From an uncultured Thermoplasmata archaeon (GTDB lineage: Archaea; Thermoplasmatota; Thermoplasmata; Lutacidiplasmatales; UBA184), in NCBI GenBank assembly GCA_963804505.1, contig CAWDQP010000007.1, positions 18,788-82,787 on the forward strand: a stretch of DNA of 64,000 nt, written 5' to 3'. The position numbers were made by a program, and so were the translations under genes. The notes below the pieces were generated by a model. It saw nothing but the letters and a program-made list of their open reading frames with translations, made no database searches and was not told where the DNA came from. Positions 11,401-22,759 of this stretch are shown in pieces; position 1 is the stretch's first letter; the number at the start of each line of letters is the position of its first letter.

Positions 11401-12478
11401 CCGACCACTCGGCCGCCAAGCACGCCGATCCGGCGAGACCGGTCTCGGTGAAGGTCACCCGGTAGCTCGGGCGGATCGAGATGCTCACGTTCACGCCCGC
11501 ACCGGTGACGTTCAGGACTCCGGAGGACGGCGAAGGGTTGAGATTGTAGATGCTCTCGGAGTAGACGGAGACGGCGTACCGGTAGAAAATCCCGTCCGGG
11601 GCCCGGAACGAGATAGTGGAACTCGTGCTCACTTCAGTGGCGGAGAAGTTGGAGTTGGACAGCTCGACCGTCCAAGTGGCTCCCGCGGGGCGAAGGCCGG
11701 TTTCCCCGAACTGGACGACGAACGTGCCGAGGGCGGCCGCGAAGAGGACCGACTGGGTCACCTCCGCGCCGGAGACCGTCAGGGTCCCGGACGCCGGCGT
11801 GGCCGTGTAACCGAGCGCGCTCAGCGTGAACGTGTAAGTCCCGTTCCGTATGTCGGTGAAGTTCAGCGAAGTACCTTGAGAGGTGCTCGAAATGGTGAGG
11901 TTTTGGGGTCCGAGCAGTGACGCGGACCACTCGGTCCCGGAGGCGAGCTCAGTTTCGTTGAAGGTTACGGGGAATCCTCCGACGAAGGTGACCGAGAGCG
12001 TGACGTTCGGTCCCGCAAGGGTCACGACGCCGGTCTGGGGAACGGGAACGAAGCTTGGGCCGGACCCGGAGACGTTGTAGACGTAGAAATGGTAGGTCCC
12101 GGGGTACCCGTCGAACGTAATCGTGGAGTTGTCGGAGCTCTCGACAAGTCCGGCCCCGCACCCGCTCGCGTTCTTGCCGAGCCCCACGCTCCAGTTCGTC
12201 CCGGACGGTAGACCGGACGCCTGGAAGGTGAGGGCGTCAGAGCAAGCTGACGTGGCGGGGGCCGTATTCGCTTCGGAACCCGGGGCGCCGACCGAGGACG
12301 CGGAGTTCCGGATCGAGGGCGGTTCGGTGATCGCAGAGAGGGGTAAAGCCATGAGAGCGGCGACCACGATCACTAGCCCGAATTGCCACAGGGGTCGGTG
12401 GGATCGACCCGCCGGCGCGGCCCCAGCCGCCGACCCGAAAGCTCCCTTCGCTCCGCGGACGTCCGCCGAGCTAGACAT
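8412..12478 (-). CDS. Secreted surface glycoprotein: F-x-E-x-GLP..W repeats plus one 7-blade YVTN/YncE beta-propeller (frameshift near the C-terminus)
   Basis: Hydrophobic N-terminal segment, repeated VTFxETGL..GTxWSV modules, 7 propeller repeats (e.g. ANFNTNNVTVIS) and many NxS/T sequons. 3' end approximate. Confidence 0.8.
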
Positions 12479-12948
12479 CGGCTACGCCGCAAAGGCAGAG
12501 CGCACACTTGGACAAGTAGCTTGCCCGCCGTCCCACCGAGCCGCTAGGGCTCGGACTCCGTCACGCGCAGGCCATGATTCGACCGATTCGCGAACCACCG
12601 CGGTCCGCTTGTGCGTCCACCGTATGCGGTGACGCTCTGGGCCGAAGTCATCTCGGCGGCCCTCGAAGGCTACCGAGACCCGCTAGGTACTGCGAGGTAG
12701 CAGGGACCTCACCGTGGCAGTGCGACCTCGTTCATGAACCCGCGCGGTCTCCGGAGAATTCGAGCTCTTGGTGACATCGGCGGTCAAGCCCCGGCGGGAC
12801 CGCGATTCACGGCAGGAAGTGGGGGTTTGTTTGAGCGCCCGTTCCCGTAGGTATCTGGTCGGTAACCTAAAGGAATAAGGCCAAGGTCGGGCTACCCGCC
12901 TTTCGCAGAGTGGAGGAGCCCCGCGGGCCCCTACCTGAAGAGCAAGCA

Positions 12949-15640
12949 ATGTCGATGAGAATAAGCCTCGCAGTAGCGGCGATCGCGATCGTGACGCTTA
13001 TGGCCGTCTCGGGAGGTTTCGGGAACGTGGTCACCTCGCCCGGCCACGCCCAGTCCGTTCCGTCAACGCCCAGCGCGGGTGCGCCCGCCACGACCTTCGC
13101 AGGACCCCACCCCGCAGGCAATCCGGCCTATACGGTCAAGTTTATTGAGAGCAACCTCCCCAGCGGCACCACGTGGTTCGTGAACGTATCGGGCGAACCG
13201 CCGTTCGGCTCTTCCGGCGCTACGATCCAGACCGCGCTCCCTGACGGGTTGTACTACTACAACGTCTCCTCCACCAACAACGAGTACAAGGCCTCCGGTG
13301 GCTCCTTCACGGTGAGCGGCGCCGCGGTGACGATTCCCATCACCTTCACGCTCGTGACCTACACGGTCACGTTCAACGAATCCGGCCTGCCCGCCTCCAC
13401 CGAGTGGTGGGCCAACGTTACCGTCGGACCCTCTCTGGGCACGACCGCCAACGTGACCTCCACTCCGTTGACGAACGGCAGCTACACGTACACAATCGGC
13501 ACGACGAACAAGGAGTACGCCGCGCCAGGCGGGTCGTTCACCGTCGACGGGGCCGCGCTGAACCTGACCGTTGTGTTCTCGCTCGAGACCTACACGGCGA
13601 CCTTCACCGAGAAGCACCTTCCGGCCGGGACCCAATGGTTCGTCAACGTGAGCGGGGTGCCGTCGGCCAGCTCGACGACCACGACGATCACCGAGATGCT
13701 GACGAACGGCAGCTACACCTACACGGTGGCGACCGTCGATAAGGAGTATGCCGCGACGGGCGGCTCGTTCTCAATCCACGGTGCGGGTGTTTCGAAGACC
13801 GTCTCGTACACCCTCGTCACCTACACCGTCGAGATCACGGAGACCGGCCTTCCGAGCGGCTCGCAGTGGTGGATGAACATCACGGACGAGCCTCCGTTCG
13901 GGGCCACCGGACCCACGATCACGACCTCGCTGCCCAACGGGACCTACCCGTACGTCATCGCCTCCGAGAACAAGAGCTGGGAGGCCGCTCCGGGCGAGTT
14001 CATCGTGAACGGCTCCTCGATGTCGGTGCCCATCACCTTCTCCCTCGTGACGTACAACGTGACGTTCAACGAGACCGGTCTTCCGGCAGGGACCCAGTGG
14101 TGGGTCAACATCACCGGGGAGCCCGCCTTGACCTCCACGGGAAGCTCGATCACGACGGTCTCTCCCAACGGCACCTTCTCCTACGTCGTCGACTCCGCCA
14201 ACAAGAGCTACGAAGCGACGCCGCAGCGTTCGGCGTGGACGGCGGGCCGGTCGGCGTGGCCGTTCCGTTCGGGCTCGTGGTCTACGCGGTCTCGTTCACG
14301 GAATCCGGCCTACCCCTCGGAACCGAGTGGTTCGCGAACCTGACGGGAGGCGGGTCGTTCAGTTCGACCAGCGCCTCGATCGTCTTCTACGAGCCGAACG
14401 GTACGTACGACTACACCATCGGATCGGCGAACACCAGCTTCGAGGCTCCCGGCGGCACGTTCATGGTGAACGGGGCCACGGTCTCGGAGAACGTGACGTT
14501 CACGCTCGTGAACTACTCGGTTTCGTTCTCCGAGGCCAACATGCCCGCCGGAGCGACCTGGTGGGTCAACCTCACGAACGGCCAGTCGTTCTCCTCGATG
14601 ACCAGCAGTATCGGGTTCGTCGAGCCGAACGGGACCTACTACTACTCGATCGGGACCACGGCCAAGAAGTTCGACGCGCCGTCGGGATCGTTCCCGATCG
14701 ACGGCGCGGGGGCTACCCGGTCGATCACCTTCGGGCCGGTGACCCAGTCGATAACGTTCAGCGAGACCGGTCTCCCGACGGGCAAGTCGTGGACCGTCGA
14801 GCTCAATGGCACGGTCCGGACGAACGATGTCCGCGGCCACGAGTTTCGGGGTCTCCAACGGGTCGTATCCCTACGTGATCGCGGGGCCGTCCGGTCGCCA
14901 GATCTCCCGGCACGACACCGAGCGGCACGATCGTGATCAGCGGGTCGTCGAAGACGGTCTCGTTCACGTTCGTCAAGGGCCCCACCTACACCATTCACTT
15001 CGGTGAGTCCGGCCTGCCCAAGGGCCACTCGTGGTGCGTGACCCTGGGTGGGTACGGGCTGTGCTCGACCACCTCCGGCATCAAGTACCTCAACCTGACC
15101 CCCGGCTCCTATGCGTACTCGGTCCGCCTGCTCTCCGGGCAGACGATCACCGCAAAGCTGGCCGGTACGGCGATCCCGCTCTCCGGGACCCTCGGCCTCT
15201 CAACGAAGGGCCTCTCGGTGTCGCTGAAGTTCGTGTACTACTACACGCTCACGTTCACGGAGCGGGGACTGCCCGCGAGCACCTCCTGGACCGTGACCGT
15301 CCGGGGCGTCCACCAGTCGTCGACCTCGACCACGATGGTGTTCAACGAGCCGAACGGAACCTACGCTTACACGATCGCGGCGGAGACGGGATACAAGAGC
15401 ACGGGTACGCCTCGCCCCGCGAAGATCATCGGCTCGGGTGCTTCCGTGATTCTGACGTTCACCGCGAAAGGGTCCGCACCCGCTTCGGTAGCGGGCGGCG
15501 GGTCGTCGGGCGTCGCGCTGGCGCGCACCCTCGGTGCCTCGCCGATGATCGGGCTCGCCGGCATCGGCGCGATCGCGATGCTGACGCTAGGCCTCCTCGT
15601 CGGAGCCCTGCGCTCGGGCCGCAAGCCCGGGGACCCGTAG
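12949..15640 (+). CDS. Secreted surface glycoprotein built from tandem ~75-aa F-x-E-x-GLP repeats, with a C-terminal TM anchor (frameshifts ~14225, ~14830, ~14915)
   Basis: Signal peptide MRISLAVAAIAIV. Repeats YTVTFNESGLP..WWANVT continue across three frames. Ends in a hydrophobic helix followed by RSGRK. Confidence 0.8.
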
Positions 15641-15830
15641 AATCGTCATCGACGACGAACCCTCCGGTGAGGCCCGTGGCCGCGCCGGACAGGGCCGGGA
15701 CGGGCCGCTCGGGCCCGCCCGTCGTGACAGCGTATCCGACCCTACTTCGTCTACGGGGACCGGCATGGGCGCCGCCAAGGTTTAAGCGAACGAAGCCCAT
15801 CGGTCGGTGGACCGGCGCGGGACTCCGCGG

Positions 15831-18716
15831 ATGAAGACGAAAAGCAGGCCAGCAGGCGCGGGACATTATGCGAACTGGCCGACGCTCCTGCTCGCGGCGG
15901 GGATCGCCGCGCTGATGATGGTGACCGGCGGCGTCGTGGGAGCGGTCCTCTCCCCCACGGCCACGCCGTTTCACGGTTCGTCGGCCACGGTGCCGACTCC
16001 CCGATCCGAGAGCCCGGTGGCCGGCCTCTCCGCGTCGGAGATACACCCGTTGGTCTCGGTTCCGACCGTGAGCGAGACCCTCGTCCTTCCGAACGATACC
16101 CTCCAACCCGGTAACTTCCTGGCGGGCAACGGGTTCGCGCCGGTGGGCGTGTCGTACGACACTGTCCTCAAGCAGATCTTCGTCGCGGACTCGGGCGCGA
16201 ACAACGTCACGGTGATCTCGGGCACGATCGACACGGTCGTCGCGAACATCTCGGTCTGGAACGGTTCGGTGGCGGTCGCCTACGACAACGGCAAGAAGGA
16301 GACCTTCGTGGCCAACGAGAACGGCACCGCGCTCACGGGAAACGTGAGCGTGATCGCCGACGTGAACGACACCGTACTGAAGAACGTCACGGTCGGCACC
16401 TCCCCGGTCGCTCTGGCGTACGTCCCCACCCGCAGCGAGATCTTCGTCGCCAACTCGGGGTCGAACAACGTGAGCATCCTGAGGGACGGCAACAACAGCA
16501 CCGTCCTTGTGAACCTCACCGTGGGGAGCAAACCGGTCGTGCTCGTATACGACGCCGGCAAACATCTCGTCTGGGTCGCGGACGAGGGTTCGGACAACAT
16601 TCTCGGGATCTCGGTCACGACGGACAAGGTGGTCGCGTCGGTCCCGGTCGGCGTGCAGCCGGTCGCCCTGGCCTACGACTCCAAGAAGAAGGAGGTGTTC
16701 GTGGCGAACTACTTCTCGGGGAACGTGAGCATCGTCTCGGACGCGTCCGATAAGGTGATCGCGTCCGTGCCGGTCGGTACGGGGCCGGACGCCCTCGCGT
16801 ACGACCCCACGAACAAGGAGGTCGTGGTCGCCAACTCGTTCACCGACAACGTCAGCATCATCTCGGACCTGTACAACACGGTCGTGGCGCACGCATCCGT
16901 CGGAGGCGACCCTGCGGGGATCGCGTTCGACACCGCGACCGACCGTCTGTACGTCGCGAACTCCGCCACGGACAACGTCAGCGTGCTGGCGGGTTTGACG
17001 AGCACGGTGGTCGGGACGGTCGCGATCGCGGCGACGCCCGACGCGGTAGCGTTCGACAGCGGAACGGACGAGCAGTTCGTCGCGAACACCCTCTCCAACA
17101 CCGTCGATATCGTCTCCGGCACGAGCAACTCGATCCTGGCGACCGTCCGGGTCGGCACCGACCCCACCAGCCTGGCCTACGACAGCGGACAGGGTCGGAT
17201 GTTTGTCGCCAACCACGGCTCGAACAACGTGAGCATCATCTCCGACTCCACCGACAAGGTGGTCCAAAGCATTCCCGTGGGGTTCGGCCCCGCGGGCCTC
17301 ACCTACGACCCTGTTCGAGACGAGATCCTGGTCGCGAACTCCGAGTCGAACAACGTCAGCGTGATCAACCTCACGTCCGACACGGTCGGCGCCTCGGTCC
17401 CCGTCGGGGTCGATCCGGACGCGATCGTCTTCGACAGCGGGGTCAACGAAACGTTCGTCGCGAACTCCGCATCCAACAACTTGAGCGTGATCCTGGACGT
17501 CGTGGACGTGGTGGTCGCCAACATCCACACGGGCATCTCGCCCGCAGCCCTCGCCTACGACAGCGGGCGGGGCGAGATCTTCGTCGCGAACTCGGGGTCC
17601 AACAACGTGAGCGTGATCTCGGATTTGACGGACAAGGTCCTCACCAGCGTCAACGTGGGCGCCGATCCGGTCGCCCTTACCTATCAGGGCCGGCTCGCGA
17701 GCGACCTCCTGGTCGCCAACTTCGAGGACAACACGACCAGCGTGATCGCGGACGCCACGAACACCGTGGCCGCCACCCTCCCCGTCGGCAACAACCCGGC
17801 GGCCGCGGATTACGACTCGACCCACTCCGTCGCCTACGTCGCCGACATGGCCACCGGCACGGTGTCGATCCTTCGCACCGCCCAGACCCTTTCGGTGACG
17901 TTCAAGCAGACCGGCCTGCCGGGGAACACGACCTGGACCGTCGCCCTGGACGGGTTGCCGGTCGTCTCCAACCTCTCTGCCGTTCCGTTCTTCGTCTCGA
18001 ACGGGTCGTACTCGTACCTGCTCGTGGGTCCGTCGGGCCAGCGCATCTCGGGAACGCCACCGGCGGGGACCGTGAACGTCTCCGGTACCTCGGTGGTCGT
18101 GAGCTTCTCGTTCCTCACCGCGAAGACGTACACCCTGACCATCAAGGAGGCGCAACTTCCGACCGGAGCCACCTGGTGCGTCGCGCTCCAGTCCTGGGAA
18201 CGGTGCACCACCGCGACGAAGATCGCCGTCCTGAACCTGACGCCCGGTGCCTACGCTTACACGATCGGGGCGCACGGATCGCGCCTGATCACGGCGAAGC
18301 TAGGAGGGAAGACGATCCCGCTGTCGGGCTCGCTGGTCCTGGGGACGAAGAGCCTTGCGATGGCTCTGACGTACGCCTGGACCTACGCGGTGATCTTCAC
18401 CGAGACCGGCCTTCCGGGAGGCACGAACTGGAGCGTGACGGTCTCCGGCGTGCTCGAGTACTCCACCTCGACCTCGATCGTTTTCCACCTCGGGAACGGA
18501 AGCTACCCCGTCGTCGTGGGCAAGATCGTGAACTACACCTCGCCCGGGGCGCCCCACCACGTCGCCGTGAAGGGCGCCGCCCTTGTCGAACCGGTGACGT
18601 TCACTGCGAAGACCATGGGCGTCCCGCTCGCGAACGCACTCGGTGCCGCGTCGGTCGCGCGCGCTTGGGCCAGCCCGAGAAGCTCCAGCCCGGCAGCGGG
18701 GCTCGGCACGGCGTAG
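15831..18716 (+). CDS. Secreted YVTN/YncE double beta-propeller surface protein
   Basis: 14 repeats of ~42 aa (P..LAYD....FVAN..SNNVSVI), followed by GLP modules. N-terminal hydrophobic segment. Confidence 0.85.
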   Translation: MKTKSRPAGAGHYANWPTLLLAAGIAALMMVTGGVVGAVLSPTATPFHGSSATVPTPRSESPVAGLSASEIHPLVSVPTVSETLVLPNDTLQPGNFLAGNGFAPVGVSYDTVLKQIFVADSGANNVTVISGTIDTVVANISVWNGSVAVAYDNGKKETFVANENGTALTGNVSVIADVNDTVLKNVTVGTSPVALAYVPTRSEIFVANSGSNNVSILRDGNNSTVLVNLTVGSKPVVLVYDAGKHLVWVADEGSDNILGISVTTDKVVASVPVGVQPVALAYDSKKKEVFVANYFSGNVSIVSDASDKVIASVPVGTGPDALAYDPTNKEVVVANSFTDNVSIISDLYNTVVAHASVGGDPAGIAFDTATDRLYVANSATDNVSVLAGLTSTVVGTVAIAATPDAVAFDSGTDEQFVANTLSNTVDIVSGTSNSILATVRVGTDPTSLAYDSGQGRMFVANHGSNNVSIISDSTDKVVQSIPVGFGPAGLTYDPVRDEILVANSESNNVSVINLTSDTVGASVPVGVDPDAIVFDSGVNETFVANSASNNLSVILDVVDVVVANIHTGISPAALAYDSGRGEIFVANSGSNNVSVISDLTDKVLTSVNVGADPVALTYQGRLASDLLVANFEDNTTSVIADATNTVAATLPVGNNPAAADYDSTHSVAYVADMATGTVSILRTAQTLSVTFKQTGLPGNTTWTVALDGLPVVSNLSAVPFFVSNGSYSYLLVGPSGQRISGTPPAGTVNVSGTSVVVSFSFLTAKTYTLTIKEAQLPTGATWCVALQSWERCTTATKIAVLNLTPGAYAYTIGAHGSRLITAKLGGKTIPLSGSLVLGTKSLAMALTYAWTYAVIFTETGLPGGTNWSVTVSGVLEYSTSTSIVFHLGNGSYPVVVGKIVNYTSPGAPHHVAVKGAALVEPVTFTAKTMGVPLANALGAASVARAWASPRSSSPAAGLGTA

Positions 18717-18783
18717 GCTCCCCGGGCCCGGTTGGAGCGCGTCCCATCGGGAACAACCTCGCCGCTGGGAGCTCCGGAGTCCG

Positions 18784-19581
18784 ATGCCCACGCGCGACGT
18801 CGCCGCCGAGTTCGACCAGATCTCCCTCGTGTACGACGAAACCCGGGACCCGCTCGACCCCGCGACCGTCGACGGGGTCGCCGAGTCCCTGCGACGCGCC
18901 GGCGCCTCCTCGATCCTCGAGGTTGGGGTCGGTACCGGGCGCGTCGCCCGACCGCTGACGGAGCGGCGGATCAACGTCACCGGAGTGGACGCGTCGAAGG
19001 GGATGCTGGCGAAGGCGCGGGCGAAGGGCCTCGGCCGGCTCGTTCGGGCGAGCGGTTATCGGCTCCCGTTCGGAGACGTCGCCTTCGACGCGACCCTCTT
19101 CGTGCACGTACTGCACGTGCTCGACGACCCGGAGCGGGCCATTCGGGAGGCCTCGCGGGTGAGCCGCGTCGGGACGTTCGCCCTGGTCCACCCGCGGGCG
19201 AACGACGGCCGCGAAGAAGACCGGCGCGAGGACGGTCCGCGCCAACTCGTCCGGAAGATCCTTCGCGAGCAGGGGTACCCGATACCGCCGAGGGCCAGCC
19301 CGCGGACGAAGGAGCGCGACCTCCTCGTCCGGTTGCCACCCGACGCGCTCACGGTTCTCAGCGAGCGGGACGTCACGGAATCCGTGCGCGAACGGATCGA
19401 CCATCTGGCGAAGCGCGGCCACCGAAACCTGCTGACCGTTCCCCCCGAGGCCCTGGCGAAGGCCGTGGCCATCGCACGGGAGCAGGTGGGGGACCGAACG
19501 GTCACGTACCACCGGGTCGAGGCGCTGGCCACGTGGAACCCCCGCCGCTGGGTGGACGCCCCGCCCTCGGCCCCGGCCTAG
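18784..19581 (+). CDS. Class I SAM-dependent methyltransferase
   Basis: ILEVGVGTGR, GVDASKGML, LPFGDVAFD, HVLHVLDDP. Confidence 0.9.
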   Translation: MPTRDVAAEFDQISLVYDETRDPLDPATVDGVAESLRRAGASSILEVGVGTGRVARPLTERRINVTGVDASKGMLAKARAKGLGRLVRASGYRLPFGDVAFDATLFVHVLHVLDDPERAIREASRVSRVGTFALVHPRANDGREEDRREDGPRQLVRKILREQGYPIPPRASPRTKERDLLVRLPPDALTVLSERDVTESVRERIDHLAKRGHRNLLTVPPEALAKAVAIAREQVGDRTVTYHRVEALATWNPRRWVDAPPSAPA

Positions 19582-19612
19582 GGTCCGACCCCGATCGTCT
19601 CCGCGCGACGGT

Positions 19613-19750
19613 CAATCGGTACTGTTCGTCCGTCTCCATCCGACTGACGACCGAGCCGCACGAGGGACACTGGGCGAGCCTCCACTCGGCGGGCACGGCG
19701 ACGAGCTTCCCGCACTGCGGGCACCGCACCGAGCTCGGTCCCGACTCCAT
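19613..19750 (-). CDS. Small CPxCG zinc-ribbon protein (3' end uncertain)
   Basis: MESGPSSVRCPQCGKLVAVPAEWRLAQCPSCGSVV has two CPxCG knuckles. The ORF reads on to 19502 unless an indel near 19618 is corrected. Confidence 0.5.
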
Positions 19751-19935
19751 CCCCGAGGTCACCGGTCCCAAGGCCCTGAGAAGCGGGGTCTCTCGAGGAG
19801 GTGCGGTCGGCCCGCCGCGCAACGCACCATCTCTCCCTTCCCCCACCGTACACGGGCCGGACCCCAAAACCGTTGTCCTGTCGACGAGCCGGCACGACCT
19901 TTACCTCCGTGGGTTGGCGACCTTGGGGCCCGGCG

Positions 19936-20610
19936 TTGACGACCGTCAAGACGCTCGCGGCGTACGAGATCGTTCAATCGGTGCATCCCCACCCGGTGAC
20001 CGAACGCGACTAGCTCGGCATGGCCGTGGGGCGGGCGATCGACAGCGTGCTCTCCCGCTACAGCCACGAGTTCAGCGCGTCCCGTCGGCCCACCGCGACC
20101 GCGATGAACCGGCTCGCGGCGGAAACTCTCGACGAGGAGCTGACGGACGCCGACCTGTCCCTGTCCGCCTCGGACCGGGAGAAGCAGCTCGCCCAGGTGG
20201 CGGGCGTCCTGCAGGCGTTCCGGCGCAGCGAGGTGATGGGGATGCTTCGCCCGAAGAGCCGCCTGGTCCTGATCAACGAACGCGCCGGATTCTACGCCCA
20301 GCCCGATTACTGGAACGGCCGCGATCGGTTCTACGAGATGAAGAGCTACCGCGCTCCGCCGATACCGCCCGGCGTGGAGCTTCAGCTCCAGCTGTTCCAG
20401 CTGGCGTTCCCTCGCTTCACCGCGGTCCTGGCGTCGTACGACCGGCACTCCGAGCCGGTCGCCACCGTCCTAACCGAAATCCCTGCGCTGGAGGCGTCCG
20501 ATCAAGAACGCCTTCTTCGGCTCGCCCTCCCGATCGCGGGCGAGCTCGGGAAGGACAAGGTGCTCGAGTACATCGACAGCCCGATCGTTCGCTACGCGAT
20601 CCCCAGCTGA
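19936..20610 (+). CDS. PD-(D/E)XK (RecB/Cas4-like) nuclease-fold protein, interrupted by an in-frame TAG at 20011-20013
   Basis: AQPDYW..FYEMKSY..QLQLF fits the PD..ExK..QLxxY pattern. The upstream TTG ORF is in frame with 20020..20610. Confidence 0.55.
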
Positions 20611-20807
20611 GGGGGACCACGGTCTCTTCGACCCGTCGGGATTCTTCCCCGCGTGTGAGCTCGGGTGAGCGAACCAAGACCCGCGAAGTTGGCCGACCCG
20701 GCCGAAATCGCGCCGCGCCCCAGCCGAGCCCTATTATACTTTGGGGGGGGTCCCCGGGCACGCAGCAGCCCGCGCCACCTCGGCGCGGGTCCGGGGCGTA
20801 GGGGGGG

Positions 20808-21398
20808 CTGCCGACGCAGCGGGAAGAGGCGGGCTACCGCACGAGGGTCGAGGTCCTGAGGGACTTCCTCCGGGCGGTTCGCCAGGAGCCGAAGAAGACC
20901 CGGATCATCGGGTTGGCCAACCTGAACCCTTCCTCCTTCCGCCGATACCTTGACTTCGGCATCGCCTTCGACCTGGTCCGACCCACGCCGAGAGGGTACC
21001 GCCTTACCGTTCGCGCCGAGGCCGTACTGAACACGATCGAGCGGCTGCTCTCCAAGAGCACCGAGTTCGAATCGATCCTCGGCGAGCTGTACCAGGCCCT
21101 CGGGGGCGCGCCCCCAGGGCGCGGCGCGCGGGGCACCTCGTCCGCGCGGACCGTCTCGCGCATCGCCCTCGGCGAGATCGCCCTCCCCAGCATCGGGAAA
21201 TCCGGGGGGATCGCTGCCCCCGGGGAGCGGTTTCCGGATCCGGGTCTTCCGATCGATTCGATTGACCGCTGGTGGTCGCGCGACTCGGAGCCACCCGGGG
21301 TGGCGCCACGTATGAGCCCTGGGGCTCGAGGGGATCTCGCGCTCCTGCCGCCCTCCGTCACCCTGCGGCGATCCGCCCGGCCGCGCTCCCGAAAGTGA
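20808..21398 (+). CDS. Archaeal winged-helix transcriptional regulator (start uncertain)
   Basis: RTRVEVLRDFL...KKTRIIGLANLNPSSFRRYLD...YRLTVRA resembles the archaeal wHTH pattern RSRxEI..KTxIxxxANLN..Y.LT. In-frame stop at 20799-20801 limits the start. Confidence 0.7.
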   Translation: MPTQREEAGYRTRVEVLRDFLRAVRQEPKKTRIIGLANLNPSSFRRYLDFGIAFDLVRPTPRGYRLTVRAEAVLNTIERLLSKSTEFESILGELYQALGGAPPGRGARGTSSARTVSRIALGEIALPSIGKSGGIAAPGERFPDPGLPIDSIDRWWSRDSEPPGVAPRMSPGARGDLALLPPSVTLRRSARPRSRK

Positions 21399-21405
21399 GG
21401 TGATC

Positions 21406-22759
21406 GTGAGCGCCACCGTGCCCCGCACGGCCCCCGCATCGACTCCCGCGGGCGGGCTCTCCGACCGACAGAGCCTCGCGATCGCGTTGGGGATTGCCGC
21501 GGCCGCGATCCTGACGACGCAGGTCTACGGTTACCTCGAGCGGTGGTTCACAGGGTACGGCAGCTACCTCGGTCTGTTCGGGCTCGGCGCCACGCTCGTG
21601 GGCCTCATCCTCCTCGCCTCGAGGCTGGAGCGACGGCCCCTTCGCGACCTCGGCTTCGCGCTTCGCGAACCGCTGTCGGCGAGCCTGACGTTCGCCGCCC
21701 TGCTCGTCCTGCTCTACCTCGCGGTATGGATCGATCCGGGTTTCCTGTTCGGGTTCGGCAAGCTGGTGCCGACCCCCCCGATCCCGTTCGGCCTGCTGCT
21801 GCTCAGCGCTCCCGTCCTGGCCCTCGCCGAGGTCGGGCTGTTCTTCGGGTACGTGTTCCGGACTCTCGCGCGGGTCCTCCCGCTTCGGGTGGCTATGTTG
21901 GCCGCCGCGGCGATGTACGCTGCCAACGCGACCAATGTCCGGGTCCTCCCGCTCCTCGGGGCGACCGCGGCGACGCAGTTCCTGTTCTCCACGACGATCC
22001 TTTCCTTCGTCGCGGGGATTATCCTGGCCCTCTATCTGTACAAGGCGCGCTGGAGCCTCGTGGGCCCGATCACCCTGGCCGACCGGACTTTCGGCGTTGA
22101 CGACGCTGCTGCCGTACGCCGCCCGGTTCCCGGGCTGGGAGACCGAGTTCGCGGCGGCGCTGATCGCGTACTGCGTGGTGCTGGTCGTCGTGGGCCTCGG
22201 GCTGGAGGAGCCCCGACTGCAGAAGCTTCGCTACCTCGGCGAGCGGACCGGCCCGCGCCGCTTCCGGTTCCGGAGCCGAGCCCGCGAGCGGGCCGCCCTC
22301 CGAGGGACGTTCTTCAGCGCGGCCGTGGTCGGGGTTGTCGCGATCTCGTTCGTCTACGGCCTGCCCGTGGTCCTCGGGAACCCTTCGCCCATCCTGGCGA
22401 TCGCGACCGGCAGCATGGTCCCCACGTTCCACCGGGGCGAGCTCGTGGTCGTGGAGCGCGTGGCGCCGGCCGCCATCAAGGTCGGCACGATCATCGCGTT
22501 CGACGTCCATTGCCTACCGTCGCCGACCGTCCATCGCGTGATCCGAATCGTCTCCGGCGGACCGAACTGGACCTACCAGACGAAGGGCGATGCCAACCCC
22601 GTCCAGGACCCGTGCACCGTCGCCTACGCGGACGTGCTGGGCGCGGTCGTCTTCTACGTCCCGTACGTGGGCTACCTGATCCTGGACCGCCTGTTCGCCG
22701 CCTCGGTGGTGTTCCTCGCGGTCCTGGTCCCGGTCGTCTGGCGGGGGGAGCGGAAGTGA
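21406..22759 (+). CDS. CPBP/Abi-like multi-TM domain fused to an ER-type/SipW-like S26 signal peptidase (frameshift ~22081)
   Basis: N-terminal LRDLGF and LAEVGLFFGY, several TM helices, then GSMVPT (Ser), VHRV (His), TKGDAN and VPYVGY with no stop in the second frame. Confidence 0.75.

Noticed and set aside
12480-12948. Possible RNA gene or small ORF in the divergent spacer
   Set aside because: No tRNA, riboswitch or convincing coding signal was recognised.
15459-18275. Long antisense ORFs here and elsewhere (e.g. 50297..52057, 33371..34930)
   Set aside because: Shadow ORFs opposite real genes in GC-rich DNA, Arg/Gly-rich and without motifs.
8534-18716. Periodic DNA repeats as a non-coding array
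   Set aside because: They are fully explained by protein repeats with codon-level degeneracy.
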